The notes: generated by a model not told the origin, from the letters alone. A stretch of 64,000 bases of DNA from Pseudomonadota bacterium (GCA_043718025.1 JAYSWN010000069.1:3698-67697), one strand, 5' to 3'; positions 27,473 through 37,699 are shown, counted from the first letter of the stretch. Program-made: numbers and translations.

Positions 27473-28615
27473 ATGACGAAACTTATGGCCGCCCCGTTCG
27501 CCGTTGCGCCCGGTCTTAAAAGATTTCCTCATGATCCGAAACAACTGCTGCAGGCGTGGGATAGTGCTGACGAACTTATATTGAAGCACTTGAGTGAGAA
27601 CGCCGACACGCACCTAAAAAATAAGCGGGTTTTGATCGTCAACGATCACTTTGGTGCCTTAAGCTGTGCACTCGATGGCTTTAACTCTAGTACCTATACC
27701 GATTCTTTTGTTAGCTATAAAGCCATCCAGCTCAACAGCCAGGGGCGAACTCAAGCATTCAACTCATTGCCGGAGCTTTCTGGAGTTTACGATCTGGTCT
27801 TGATCCGAATTCCGAAAAACATGTCGTTCTTCGAAGACGTACTCTGCCATTTGAGCGGTCACCTAAATTCGGACTCTAAAATCATTTGCGGCTACATGCT
27901 TAAGCACGAGGCAAAAGCGAGCTATGGGCTGCTTAGCAAATACATCGGTGTGACCACCACTAGCCTGGCGCAAAAAAAAGCGCGGCTTATCTTTGCCACC
28001 TTTCAACGGGCACCTTTTCTTTCGCCCTATCCTAAAGCGGTTACCCTCGACGGGTTTGAGATTCCGTTTACCCATCACTCGAACCTGTTCAGCCGCGAGC
28101 GCTTAGATATTGGCACACGGTTTCTGCTAAGCCACATTCCGCAAGGAGACTATAAGGCCATTTTAGATCTAGGTTGCGCCAACGGCGTGGTGGGAATTAT
28201 GGCCAAACAAGTTAACCCTGCGGCGAAGTTGATCTTTAGCGACGAATCGAACATGGCCATTCAAAGCGCTCGGGCTAACTATAAAAAGTACTTCCCCGAC
28301 CAGTCTGATTCGGCTGAATTCCACTGGATAAATTGCTACGAAGATCAAAAGTCCGGCGCGGTGGATTTGGTGATCTGCAATCCGCCGTTTCATCAAGGCA
28401 GCACTCAAGGTGATCACATCGCCTGGCAAATGTTTGTAGATTCGCGCCGGGCCTTAGTTGCCGGCGGAACCCTTCGCGTGATTGGCAATACCCACCTTGG
28501 TTACCAGGCCACGCTCAAAAGGCTATTCGGAAATAGCCAAGTTGTGGCCGCAAACCAAAAGTTTATGATTGTCGACGCAGTATTAAACTCCGTGCTCACG
28601 AGCGCTCTGAAATGA
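27473..28615 (+). CDS. rlmG: rRNA (guanine-N2)-methyltransferase, RlmG/RsmC family
   Basis: C-terminal class I MTase with ILDLGCANG and NPPFH motifs, and a duplicated MTase-like N-domain. The start is trimmed to MTKLM, downstream of the acyl-CoA dehydrogenase stop. Confidence 0.7.
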   Translation: MTKLMAAPFAVAPGLKRFPHDPKQLLQAWDSADELILKHLSENADTHLKNKRVLIVNDHFGALSCALDGFNSSTYTDSFVSYKAIQLNSQGRTQAFNSLPELSGVYDLVLIRIPKNMSFFEDVLCHLSGHLNSDSKIICGYMLKHEAKASYGLLSKYIGVTTTSLAQKKARLIFATFQRAPFLSPYPKAVTLDGFEIPFTHHSNLFSRERLDIGTRFLLSHIPQGDYKAILDLGCANGVVGIMAKQVNPAAKLIFSDESNMAIQSARANYKKYFPDQSDSAEFHWINCYEDQKSGAVDLVICNPPFHQGSTQGDHIAWQMFVDSRRALVAGGTLRVIGNTHLGYQATLKRLFGNSQVVAANQKFMIVDAVLNSVLTSALK

Positions 28616-28766
28616 CCTTCGATAACAGAGGTTGCCGAAACCACCTACTTCCGGCCAAGGGAAACTGGAGTTCAGCCCCCTTTTTTGGTAGAACTGAAAA
28701 GAAATACCCCATTGGTATTTCTCTTTAACGAACCAGCCCAATGCAACAGGCTGCTATAATTAGTCC

Positions 28767-30602
28767 ATGAAAAAGACTTTGCTTCTATCCCACCTGATCT
28801 TAGGCCTAGCCTTCGCAGAGTTACCTGACCCTCATCAGGCGGCCAACTCCAAGGACGAATCAGCGACAACGCGAAAACTTGGCGCTGCGCCGCCAAAATG
28901 CACGCTGAATTACATCACCGACTTTTGCAGAGCTTTTGATCCGACGAAGGGTGAATTTTTGCCGATGGAAGGGGGCGCTCGCCTTCCCGTGGATCGGGTG
29001 CGGTCCAATCGATGGAAACTGAGCGCCGAAGAATTGATTGAGCGTGATACCGAGCAAAAGAAGCTAGACAACGAATATGAGTTAAAAATCGGCCGCAAAA
29101 AGCTCACGGTAAGACGCGACATGGAAAAAATACTGGACGGCATCTCGGGTCTTTCTTCGGATTTCAGAACTTTCTTTAAAGGCGAAACGGGTGCCCAGGG
29201 TGGCAGTGCGATTCTTTTTAGCGATGAGTTCGTCGATGCCACGATAATTCTTCCCTGGCCGCTAGACCAGGAAGACGCCCCACTTGCCGAAGTGCCAGTT
29301 AAATCGGTGGGGGCGGCTTTCGGCAAAGTTGTTGCCGCTGACGAATTGAAAGATCTACGGCAAAAGCAAGATGAATTACTCCTCCTGCAGCGCACCAGAC
29401 CCGACGAAGCCCAAACTAAAACCACCGCAATCGCCTCTAAAGCTCAGGAAGAGGAGCTGAAGGTGATTAAATCGCGCGCGGCCGCCTTGGGCCCACTGGT
29501 AGAAAAGGTGCGCGAAAAGGTGATCGAAACCATTGCACGTGGGCGCGCCGAAAATGAGCTTTCCGAAAATGAAAAACGGCTAATCGAAAGGATTACGACC
29601 ATTCGTATGACAAAGCAGGACGACCCGAAGTTGTTAAACGAATGCGCCAAGGGTGCGACCTCTGCGCTTAACGCTCACTACAGTAGCGCCGATCACACAA
29701 TCAATATTTGTCCAACCATGAACCTATTCCCAGACGAATCATTGGCAATGGTCATTGGGCACGAAATCGCCCATGCGATTGATCCGTGTAACGCCCAGTT
29801 TAATTTGGTTAGTTTGAATCAGGATGCGCTCTACAACCAATTCACCGATGCGGCGACGAGCAGCCTAAAACCCGAGGTGCTAAGTAATCCCTCCCGGACC
29901 CGCCTTTTTCGCTTTCTACAGTTGGTGGGACAAAACACTCCGCCGCCGCATTTGACAGGATATCCCTTTGGATTGGACTACGACGACGACGATTATAAAT
30001 TGTTTTCGATGCGGTCTCCCGCGGTGCTTGAAATCAATGTGGCGGCGGTTCCCTTTAAAGATCATCCGCTGGCCTCGGTATTTGCTTGCTTGACCAAACC
30101 GGCGGTTGGCTTTGAAACGTCGGCCGGAAAGAATCCGGAACTTCGCATCCAAAAAATTTTGAAGTTGCGTGCGAAACATGGGGCGGTGGGCAAAGAAGAT
30201 GACAAAGAGATACGAGCCGCCATCAACGCCTATCCCGAATGCGGGGTTGGCGGTGAACACACTCAGGTAACCGAAGCCTTCGCTGATTGGGTGGGTACCG
30301 AGGTCGTCGCCAAGATAGTCGGTACCAAGAAGTTTGAGACAGCAGAAAAACAACTCGCCCCCACCGGTTGGCTGGCACAATCTGCTTGCCGCGATCAAGC
30401 CAAATACCGCGAGCGTAAGGGCAGCTCGGTAAACGCTACGCTAAAGAATTTTTACGAAGACGATGCCGTGAGCAATGATGTGCATCCCTTGGCGGTGGAC
30501 CGACTTGAAAAGATTGTTTTACAGAACCCGGTGCTTCGAGAAGCCTTTGGATGCGAAAAAGCCACGCTCTACTGTCCCCATCCGTTGGAGGAAAAGAAGT
30601 AA
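28767..30602 (+). CDS. Secreted 611-aa protein with a single HExxH motif (possible zinc metallopeptidase)
   Basis: Signal peptide. VIGHEIAHAID motif. Otherwise no recognisable family. Confidence 0.5.
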   Translation: MKKTLLLSHLILGLAFAELPDPHQAANSKDESATTRKLGAAPPKCTLNYITDFCRAFDPTKGEFLPMEGGARLPVDRVRSNRWKLSAEELIERDTEQKKLDNEYELKIGRKKLTVRRDMEKILDGISGLSSDFRTFFKGETGAQGGSAILFSDEFVDATIILPWPLDQEDAPLAEVPVKSVGAAFGKVVAADELKDLRQKQDELLLLQRTRPDEAQTKTTAIASKAQEEELKVIKSRAAALGPLVEKVREKVIETIARGRAENELSENEKRLIERITTIRMTKQDDPKLLNECAKGATSALNAHYSSADHTINICPTMNLFPDESLAMVIGHEIAHAIDPCNAQFNLVSLNQDALYNQFTDAATSSLKPEVLSNPSRTRLFRFLQLVGQNTPPPHLTGYPFGLDYDDDDYKLFSMRSPAVLEINVAAVPFKDHPLASVFACLTKPAVGFETSAGKNPELRIQKILKLRAKHGAVGKEDDKEIRAAINAYPECGVGGEHTQVTEAFADWVGTEVVAKIVGTKKFETAEKQLAPTGWLAQSACRDQAKYRERKGSSVNATLKNFYEDDAVSNDVHPLAVDRLEKIVLQNPVLREAFGCEKATLYCPHPLEEKK

Positions 30603-31084
30603 TGAAAACATCATTCATTTTATTCGCTTTGTGGTCCAGTTTGGCCACGGCTACGTGGGACAGCAGAAAGGTGCTTTTGAGTAAAAATCACACTCTTCGC
30701 ATTAACCTTGGCTCTGCTCGAGCCTACCGCGGCCTGGTAATGCTAAAGCGAACCGACGACGAATTGGCCCGCTATTTTTACGCGGAATTTTCCGACGCCG
30801 GTCAAATGAAACCAACTTCGCTAGAATCGCTGGAGTTTTCTAAACGCTACACGGAATTTCGATCGTGGTTCGAAAAAATGGTTGGGATTTATCCCACCGA
30901 TGGGCATTGCCAAACCAAACTAGCCATACGCGTATCCGTAGAAAAAAGAGAGGTTCACGCGGCCTCTTTTTGTTACGACCTTGTCGCCGAAGAAGACGCA
31001 AAGTTTCTTAGCCGCTGGCTCAGCGATTTTAATAATGAGCTGGGCGCGTTAAAAAAAAAGAATGGAACGAAGCACTTCAAATAG
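30602..31084 (+). CDS. Hypothetical secreted protein
   Basis: Start trimmed to MKTSFILFALWSSLATA (signal peptide). TAATG overlap with the upstream gene. Confidence 0.45.
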   Translation: MKTSFILFALWSSLATATWDSRKVLLSKNHTLRINLGSARAYRGLVMLKRTDDELARYFYAEFSDAGQMKPTSLESLEFSKRYTEFRSWFEKMVGIYPTDGHCQTKLAIRVSVEKREVHAASFCYDLVAEEDAKFLSRWLSDFNNELGALKKKNGTKHFK

Positions 31085-31116
31085 TGGCGCGGCGGTAATG
31101 GTAGAATTGAAAAGAT

Positions 31117-31728
31117 ATGCCCAGCCCACTTGCCCATTCGATTGTTTCGATCTCGATTCCCCTAGCCACGCTTTCTCACCTCAGATCAAGGCTGCGGCCG
31201 AAAGAATGGGTGGCGCTATTTCTTCTCTGTCTTGGATTGGGAAACAGCCCTGACTTAGATCTTGTTCCCGTCTTATTCGACCACTCGCTTTGGGATACAG
31301 TTCACCGCTGGCTGGGGCACAACTTATTTGCCTACTTCCTATTTTTCCTAGTTGGCATTTGGCTGATGAAACTATTTGTACCAACTTTAACCCTGCGAGA
31401 GCGCCGATTCACTTCCGCATTTTTGGTAGGCAGTCACCTCTTTCTCGACAGCATGGTCTCGCCGCCCGTTACCGTGACCGGAGTTCCTCTGTTTTGGCCG
31501 CTTACCAAACAGGTCGTTCACTTTCCCGTCGCCATTTTCCCAGGACTTTCTTATAAAAAGGGGGTTCACGAAGGGCTCTCTTTCTTTACCGACGCTGGCA
31601 ATTGGCGAAATGTATTCGCGCCAGAATTAATGATGTCACTCACGCTCTCCGTCTTATTGATTTTGATGGGACGTCTAATTTCACACTGCAGATACCTAAG
31701 AGACTTTAGATATAAATCGCAAAAGTAA
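31117..31728 (+). CDS. Membrane-bound metal-dependent hydrolase-like protein (YdjM/DUF457-like)
   Basis: Several TM segments with conserved His residues (PLAHS, HRWLGHN, SHLFLD). Confidence 0.45.
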   Translation: MPSPLAHSIVSISIPLATLSHLRSRLRPKEWVALFLLCLGLGNSPDLDLVPVLFDHSLWDTVHRWLGHNLFAYFLFFLVGIWLMKLFVPTLTLRERRFTSAFLVGSHLFLDSMVSPPVTVTGVPLFWPLTKQVVHFPVAIFPGLSYKKGVHEGLSFFTDAGNWRNVFAPELMMSLTLSVLLILMGRLISHCRYLRDFRYKSQK

Positions 31729-31800
31729 GGGTGGGGCGGCAACTGGCAAACATTTTTGCGCCAGAACTAATAATTTGAGAATGGCGCCCAAAAGTGCGGT

Positions 31801-32268
31801 ATGAGATGGCTTCTGGTCCCCTTCAGAGGTGAGTTTATGAAGAACAAAATAGCGCTTATTATGTTCGTACCTGGCCTTGTTTTCGCAGAAACCTGCGCCC
31901 AAAGTTTGTCGAATTACCAAGTGGATCAATTTGGGGAGACCATTTGGTTCGACGCGGAAAGCGAAGCCCGAGCCGAGCAAAAACGAACCCGCTTTGAACT
32001 CGCTACTAGGTTTATTCAAACCCTTGACGATGATTCGATAGAAAAGGGAATGCTAGAAAGGTTAGAGGGCCGCACACCGGTAAATGACGGCCTGGACACT
32101 TCCCGCAATTTAACTATTCGTAACCATCTAATGAGGGCCTACGACTTTGGTATCGACGTAGACGGGCTGCAGCGCGAGCTAAAATCGGGAACCGACGGGC
32201 CCATTACCTCTCAGTATAGAGAGCGTTTCCAAAGTAGCGTTAAAGAACAGGCCGAAGCCCTAAATTAG
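31801..32268 (+). CDS. Hypothetical secreted protein
   Basis: Signal peptide (IALIMFVPGLVFA). Confidence 0.4.
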   Translation: MRWLLVPFRGEFMKNKIALIMFVPGLVFAETCAQSLSNYQVDQFGETIWFDAESEARAEQKRTRFELATRFIQTLDDDSIEKGMLERLEGRTPVNDGLDTSRNLTIRNHLMRAYDFGIDVDGLQRELKSGTDGPITSQYRERFQSSVKEQAEALN

Positions 32269-32319
32269 GTCGGCTTAGCTCTAAGTCCCCGGTTGATCAA
32301 CGGCGGATAATACGGCGAC

Positions 32320-32781
32320 TCACTTTCGCTGCGTCGCGCGGCGAGATTTGTCGGCCAGGGCAAACAGCGCCGAGAATAAAAATACGGCGACCACAGACCA
32401 AGAGATCACAATTTTACTCAACTGCCAGGCAAGGGCGCGTTTGCTGAGCTCTATGACTTCAAAAGAATTGCCTTTTCTTTCGATGGTAAAGGCAGACCAC
32501 TTGCCGTCTTTGGTTCCGGTCAAAAGACGCGCGCCGGCAAACTCGGCCGTCGCATGCACTTCATCGTGGGGAAGCGAAAAAGCTTCGGGTTCGTCTTTGG
32601 CCTCGAGCGTGCCCGTAGGCGTCGTGAGCAGGACCCCGGTAGTCCCCGGGGGCATCGATAGCGTCACCGAAGGTTCGATAATCTTCGCGCCAAGTCGGTT
32701 GGTGATGCCCAGCAATAGAAAAACGAATGCGGTAAAAAATTTGAGGCGTTTGGCGGTCATAGGTAACAGAAAGATCTGCAT
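32320..32781 (-). CDS. Hypothetical membrane-anchored protein
   Basis: N-terminal signal/anchor and a C-terminal TM segment. Confidence 0.4.
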   Translation of the reverse strand: MQIFLLPMTAKRLKFFTAFVFLLLGITNRLGAKIIEPSVTLSMPPGTTGVLLTTPTGTLEAKDEPEAFSLPHDEVHATAEFAGARLLTGTKDGKWSAFTIERKGNSFEVIELSKRALAWQLSKIVISWSVVAVFLFSALFALADKSRRATQRK

Positions 32782-33165
32782 ACCACCGGCCAGTTTATTT
32801 AACGCGATGGAAGCCGGCGTATACTCAGTGAATTCGCCTTTTTAACCGATTTTCTTTGTCTAAAAATTGGGTTCGAAATGGGCACCTCCCCGGGCTATCC
32901 CATTAACTTCACAATGATTCTTTCAAAAAACTCGAAAAATGGGGCGTCATCCGGAACGACAAACTCGGCCAAACCATTGAATTAAAAGATGAAAAACTGG
33001 GGCTTCGGTTAGTGGTGAAAAAAAGTTCGTCACCTGGCAAAGGGTTATTCAGCCGTATGAAACCTGGTCTTTGCTTTGCACCATAAGTTTGGATTCGACA
33101 GGGGTTCCGGGGTTAAAGATTCAATCCTTTTTGAATTTCTTCCGATACTGAATTTAGGAGGCGCG

Positions 33166-33732
33166 ATGAAGGTCCTTCAGGTGATTTTTTCAATTTTCTT
33201 GTTCTCTGTGGTGGCAAGTGCTGACCCGGTAGAAGTGGTGCTGTCGACCACGATATCTGGCGTGAAAGACGCCAAGAGCTTACAGAATTACGTTCTTAAG
33301 GGAAACAAGGCGCGGGTGTACGCCAAAGTACAAATCCACGCTAAGGGTTACTCTAACCAAGGCCTACGCCAGTGGTTAGAGCGCCGGCTTCCCGGTAACG
33401 TAGACGGCTTTTTCGAGCGCGAAGACAAAGACAGTGGGCTAAGCGTTCGCTACAAACCGGTAGCGTTCAAGCTTCGTAAAGCCGAAATTTTTTGCACCGG
33501 CGGTTCAACGCCCGAGTACGAAGTGTGCCACGCTGATTACGCCGTCTCTAACGCCAACGCGGTGGACATACCGAGCGGCGAAGGTGGCGAGCACATGGTG
33601 ACCTTGCAGATGCTACCGCCGTCTAACGACTTTCGCGTGAAGATGGCCAAGGGAGCCACGAAGAACTACTTCGTGCTCGCCGGCGATCCAAAGCTTTCCC
33701 GGTTCGGCTTTGCCGGTGGTTCCGACCACTAG
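33166..33732 (+). CDS. Hypothetical secreted protein
   Basis: Start trimmed to MKVLQVIFSIFLFSVVASA, which has a strong RBS (aggagg). Signal peptide. Confidence 0.5.
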   Translation: MKVLQVIFSIFLFSVVASADPVEVVLSTTISGVKDAKSLQNYVLKGNKARVYAKVQIHAKGYSNQGLRQWLERRLPGNVDGFFEREDKDSGLSVRYKPVAFKLRKAEIFCTGGSTPEYEVCHADYAVSNANAVDIPSGEGGEHMVTLQMLPPSNDFRVKMAKGATKNYFVLAGDPKLSRFGFAGGSDH

Positions 33733-33761
33733 CACCGAAACGGGGTATGGGTTTAATTAAA

Positions 33762-33795
33762 GGCCTCGGCTGATTCAGCCGAGGCTTTATTTTTG
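33762..33795 (+). terminator. Rho-independent terminator
   Basis: Perfect stem gcctcggctga/tcagccgaggc followed by tttattttt. Confidence 0.8.
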
Positions 33796-33897
33796 CCCCC
33801 TTCCCCGAATTGAAGTCCCCGAACAAGAAACAGTTACTGTTCGTGCTGCGATTGCGGCGACTTTACACTCGCTTTCGTTAATCAAATAAAAAACCAC

Positions 33898-33960
33898 GAA
33901 AATGGAATCCAACCCCGTTCGCCTCCGAAGGGAGGGGGGCCCAAAATCCAAATGCGGTAG
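33898..33960. repeat. 61-bp GC-hairpin dispersed element, copy 2
   Basis: Second copy of the 61-bp element at 11457-11517 (about 92% identical). It lies about 110 bp upstream of the porin gene, followed by the hairpin gcgcacgcacaacgcagtgcgc. Confidence 0.7.
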
Positions 33961-34067
33961 GCGGCCGCGCACGCACAACGCAGTGCGCCCTGCCCGTTTC
34001 TTGCCCCCACCGAAAGACCGCGATATTCTTGTCTTATTCCAAACCCTCCGCACATTAAGGACGCCCC

Positions 34068-35312
34068 ATGATGAAGGGAAAAAACCTTTTCGTTTTTGCC
34101 GCCCTCTTTAGTTCACTTTCGTTTGCCGAAACCAATTGGACCGGTGGGGTTCGGCCCGGGGGAAACGGTTTTTATCTCTCTGCCCCTGACCAAGGCTTCA
34201 ATTTAAATTTTTTGGGCTACGGTCAATTCGTTGGCACCGTTCTCGATGAAAAATACAACTCGGTTCGCAGCGATACCCCTTTTGGATTCAACATTCGCCG
34301 CGCCCGCCTCACCACGTTAGCCACCGTTCAGCGTAACGCGGAATTCATGATCGAAATGGGAACGCCAACCATGCGTCCCATTCCCCTCGCCACCAATTTC
34401 CCTTCGAGCGCGGCGGCGGTGGCGGCGGGCACCGTAGATCCCACCACGCTCACTCACGCCGCCAGCCATAGCGCCACCGATTTTGGTCTGGTGGAAGCGC
34501 GCGTGTCGCTAAACCTTTTCGAAGATTGGCTACAGCTGCGCATTGGTAAATTTACGGGGCCGTTCTCGCGCGAAAACTCTCGCTCTTCGCGCCAGCTCGA
34601 CTTTATTGAACGCTCAAACGTAATGAGCTCAATGCTGCTCTCCCCCGCGCTCGACACGCAAATCGGCGCCATGCTGTTTGGCCGGTTTGCCGACGGCATC
34701 TTAAATTATTATTTTGGCGTTTTTAACGGCAATAGTGACTCGATCGGCACACTGGGCGACAACGACGGCGGCAAAGAGATTCAATTGAAACTTGAAATCC
34801 ACCCGCACAAAAATTTTATGGTGGGGTTGGGCTGGGACACCGATTACGTCAGCAAAGCCCGCCCGCTTTCCTTGGTGGATCACGCCTTAACCCCGGTGGT
34901 CTCTTCCGCCGTGGCCGGACGCCGTCACGGCTTTTCGCTCGACTGGGATTGGCTCTATAACTTCTTTAGCTGGAAATCTGAATTTCTCTACTTCTCGTTT
35001 CCTGACAATACTGGCACCGCAAACTATGCACGTTTTCTCATCGGCGGTTTTACTCAAATCGGATTTCAAGTGGCGGGGGATACTAACAGCGGGCTGCAAA
35101 TCTTGTTGCGCTATGAGTACGCCAAGTTACTGACGACGCAAAATTACGATCTCCACTCAGGAATTTTGGGTTTCAACATTTTCATCAATTCCAATCTGAC
35201 CAATACCATCAATTACATTCTTGAATACGGCGGTAACAACGTCGGCTCGGGCCACTACGCCCAAAACGGCTACCACCACGCCTTCATGAATCAGCTGCAA
35301 GTTAAGTTCTAA
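34068..35312 (+). CDS. Outer-membrane beta-barrel porin (possibly OprO/P-like)
   Basis: Signal peptide, beta-strand-rich aromatic pattern, and a C-terminal ...QLQVKF with terminal Phe. Confidence 0.55.
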   Translation: MMKGKNLFVFAALFSSLSFAETNWTGGVRPGGNGFYLSAPDQGFNLNFLGYGQFVGTVLDEKYNSVRSDTPFGFNIRRARLTTLATVQRNAEFMIEMGTPTMRPIPLATNFPSSAAAVAAGTVDPTTLTHAASHSATDFGLVEARVSLNLFEDWLQLRIGKFTGPFSRENSRSSRQLDFIERSNVMSSMLLSPALDTQIGAMLFGRFADGILNYYFGVFNGNSDSIGTLGDNDGGKEIQLKLEIHPHKNFMVGLGWDTDYVSKARPLSLVDHALTPVVSSAVAGRRHGFSLDWDWLYNFFSWKSEFLYFSFPDNTGTANYARFLIGGFTQIGFQVAGDTNSGLQILLRYEYAKLLTTQNYDLHSGILGFNIFINSNLTNTINYILEYGGNNVGSGHYAQNGYHHAFMNQLQVKF

Positions 35313-35396
35313 GGCGGGGTTCAAGAGGACGGTACAAAGCAAAGAGAAATTATCACCCCGTTGCCACGTGCCTAAGTTTCCGCTCTAATTCACGGC

Positions 35397-36359
35397 ATGC
35401 AAAATAGAGATCCGTTTCACTGGCGTTATCCCGAAATAGAGCCCTACCGAACCGGTATGTTAAAAGTGTCTCCGCTGCACGAACTTTATTTTGAAGAATC
35501 GGGCAATCCTAAGGGAAAACCCGCACTTTTCGTCCACGGCGGACCCGGCGGCGGCACCGACGCCAAGCACCGCACTTTTTTTGACCCTAAAAAATACCGA
35601 ATCATTCTCTTTGATCAGCGCGGCTGCGGAAAGAGCAAGCCTTTCGCCAGCCTCGAAGACAACACCACCTGGCATCTGGTGCAAGACATGGAAACGCTAC
35701 GCCAGCATCTGAGGATTGAAAAATGGCAGGTTTTTGGGGGCAGCTGGGGCAGCACTCTGGCGTTGGCCTACGCCGAAACTCACCCCGAGCGCGTGACCGA
35801 GCTAGTTCTACGCGGCATCTTTTTACTCCGAAAAAAGGAGATCGATTGGTTTTATCAGGGCGGGGCTAATGAGATCTACCCTGACGCCTGGGAACCTTAC
35901 TGGGACCATATCCCCGAAAACGAACGGCACGATATGGTGGCGGCGTACTACAAGCGGCTCACTTGCCCCGAAAAAAGCGTGCAGCTAGAGGCCGCAAAGG
36001 CTTGGAGTGTCTGGGAGGGGTCTACCAGCCGCCTCTTTCCCGATACCGAAATGATGACCGACTACGGCGCCGACGATTTTGCCACCGCCTTTGCCCGGAT
36101 CGAATGCCATTATTTCACCCACCGGGGGTTTTTCGAGCATGAAGATCATCTACTTAATCATGTGAGTAAAATTCGACACATCCCCGCCGTCATCGTACAG
36201 GGGCGGTATGACGTGGTTTGCCCTATGGACAGCGCCTGGGCGTTACACAAAGTTTGGCCCGAATCTGAGCTGATTGTGGTGCCCGATGCCGGCCATTCGG
36301 CCTATGAAAACGGCAACTCGCGGGCCCTGGTCGCGGCCACCGATCGCTACGCGCACTAG
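35397..36359 (+). CDS. pip: Proline iminopeptidase (peptidase S33)
   Basis: YPEIEPY...HGGPGGG at the N-terminus and the GGSWGSTLALAYA nucleophile elbow. Confidence 0.9.
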   Translation: MQNRDPFHWRYPEIEPYRTGMLKVSPLHELYFEESGNPKGKPALFVHGGPGGGTDAKHRTFFDPKKYRIILFDQRGCGKSKPFASLEDNTTWHLVQDMETLRQHLRIEKWQVFGGSWGSTLALAYAETHPERVTELVLRGIFLLRKKEIDWFYQGGANEIYPDAWEPYWDHIPENERHDMVAAYYKRLTCPEKSVQLEAAKAWSVWEGSTSRLFPDTEMMTDYGADDFATAFARIECHYFTHRGFFEHEDHLLNHVSKIRHIPAVIVQGRYDVVCPMDSAWALHKVWPESELIVVPDAGHSAYENGNSRALVAATDRYAH

Positions 36360-36451
36360 CGACAATCGGCAGCAAGTTGGTCATTACCGAAAAAAATCAT
36401 GGAATTAGTGACATTTATTGGCTAAAACATTCTCTTTAAAGAGGAGACCTA

Positions 36452-36652
36452 GTGGGAGAATACAGAGTCGGCGTAAGGGTTCGAGATGGTGAGCCCTTTG
36501 ATATCGCCTTGAGAAGATTCAAAAAAGACTGCGAGAAGGCCGGCATTCTCTCGGACATTCGTAAGCATGAGAATTACGAAAAACCTTCTGTCCGCAAAAA
36601 GAAAAAGTCGATCGCCGCCCGCAAACGGGCCCTTAAAAAGCGCGAAAGATAG
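36452..36652 (+). CDS. rpsU: 30S ribosomal protein S21
   Basis: [34 protein letters not shown] matches S21. GTG start with RBS gaggag. Confidence 0.9.
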   Translation: MGEYRVGVRVRDGEPFDIALRRFKKDCEKAGILSDIRKHENYEKPSVRKKKKSIAARKRALKKRER

Positions 36653-36682
36653 AATCTTAGCCACCAAAATATAAATTTAATT

Positions 36683-36720
36683 GGCCAAGCCCGTCATCGG
36701 AGCTTGGCCTTTTTATTTTC
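36683..36720 (+). terminator. Rho-independent terminator of rpsU
   Basis: Stem ggccaagc...gcttggcc followed by tttttatttt. Confidence 0.8.
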
Positions 36721-37029
36721 TATCCCGTCATGAGACCAAGGATTGCCGCGCCACTTCGTGGCTCGCAAGGACGGGTGGGGCGCGTACCGCCAACTTTTAA
36801 GGGAAAGAGCCGAAGTAGTGTCGATTCTCCTTTCAAGGACCATCGTATGACGACAGTCGGTGGCGCGAATCGGTAAGTGCCTGATAATTATATATTATTT
36901 TGTGCACGTGCGGGTGAAGACAAGAAAGCGAGTCTGTGTCTACATCAGCCTAAGTTCTTCAATTCAGCTAAAAAAACCGGGCATGCCTCCTGCACTAACT
37001 AAGCTCGCTAGTGTTCTCGGGGGGGATCC

Positions 37030-37698
37030 ATGCCAAGTCTTAGGCTCACGTTATTCGTTATTTCATTTCTACATTCCGCCGTCGTTTTTTCGGAAACCAG
37101 CCCAATCCACGCGGCCTTTGGTCCAATCAACCGCCTGGCACGCGTCACCGAATGCGTAAACGATGAAAAAGAGTACACAAACCTTAGGGTGGGACCGCGC
37201 GCCGATTTGCTTAATGAATTGGTGGAAACCTTAGAAACAGAATTTAACCTTCTTCGCAAAATGGCTGATCCTAAAATATCCGACGAAAAAATTGCCCAAG
37301 GGATCATCGATAGTAGCCCTGAGACTTTTTATTTAATTTTTCGGAATCGGCTTTCCTTCAAAGAAACCGAAGAGCTTTTCAAGCGTTGGAACGACAAGTT
37401 CTTGCACGGGGCCTCGAAAACCTCGTTAGGCAAAGCTGATTTCAAACGAAATTTGGCCCAGGCTTTCACCAACACTTACGAATTTCCTTTTCTAATCGAC
37501 AAGGTGGCGCGCTTTAAAAAGGCATTACTGGATGAGAGTGCCATACGCGAACAGATGATTCGCAATCGCATCAACGGCGAAAATATCGACATCAAAAAGA
37601 TCGAACTTTCGATTACAAAATCCGAAAACCTGCAGCGGGATTTAAATGATTTTAAAAATAACAGCGCGGTTAGCGCTTGGCTCGAAAGAAAAAAATAA
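37030..37698 (+). CDS. Hypothetical secreted protein
   Basis: Signal peptide. Helical and charged. Confidence 0.5.
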   Translation: MPSLRLTLFVISFLHSAVVFSETSPIHAAFGPINRLARVTECVNDEKEYTNLRVGPRADLLNELVETLETEFNLLRKMADPKISDEKIAQGIIDSSPETFYLIFRNRLSFKETEELFKRWNDKFLHGASKTSLGKADFKRNLAQAFTNTYEFPFLIDKVARFKKALLDESAIREQMIRNRINGENIDIKKIELSITKSENLQRDLNDFKNNSAVSAWLERKK

Positions 37699-37699
37699 A

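Noticed and set aside
29916-30398. 160-aa minus-strand ORF inside the 611-aa HExxH gene
   Set aside because: It is antisense to a longer ORF that has a signal peptide, and it has no features of its own.
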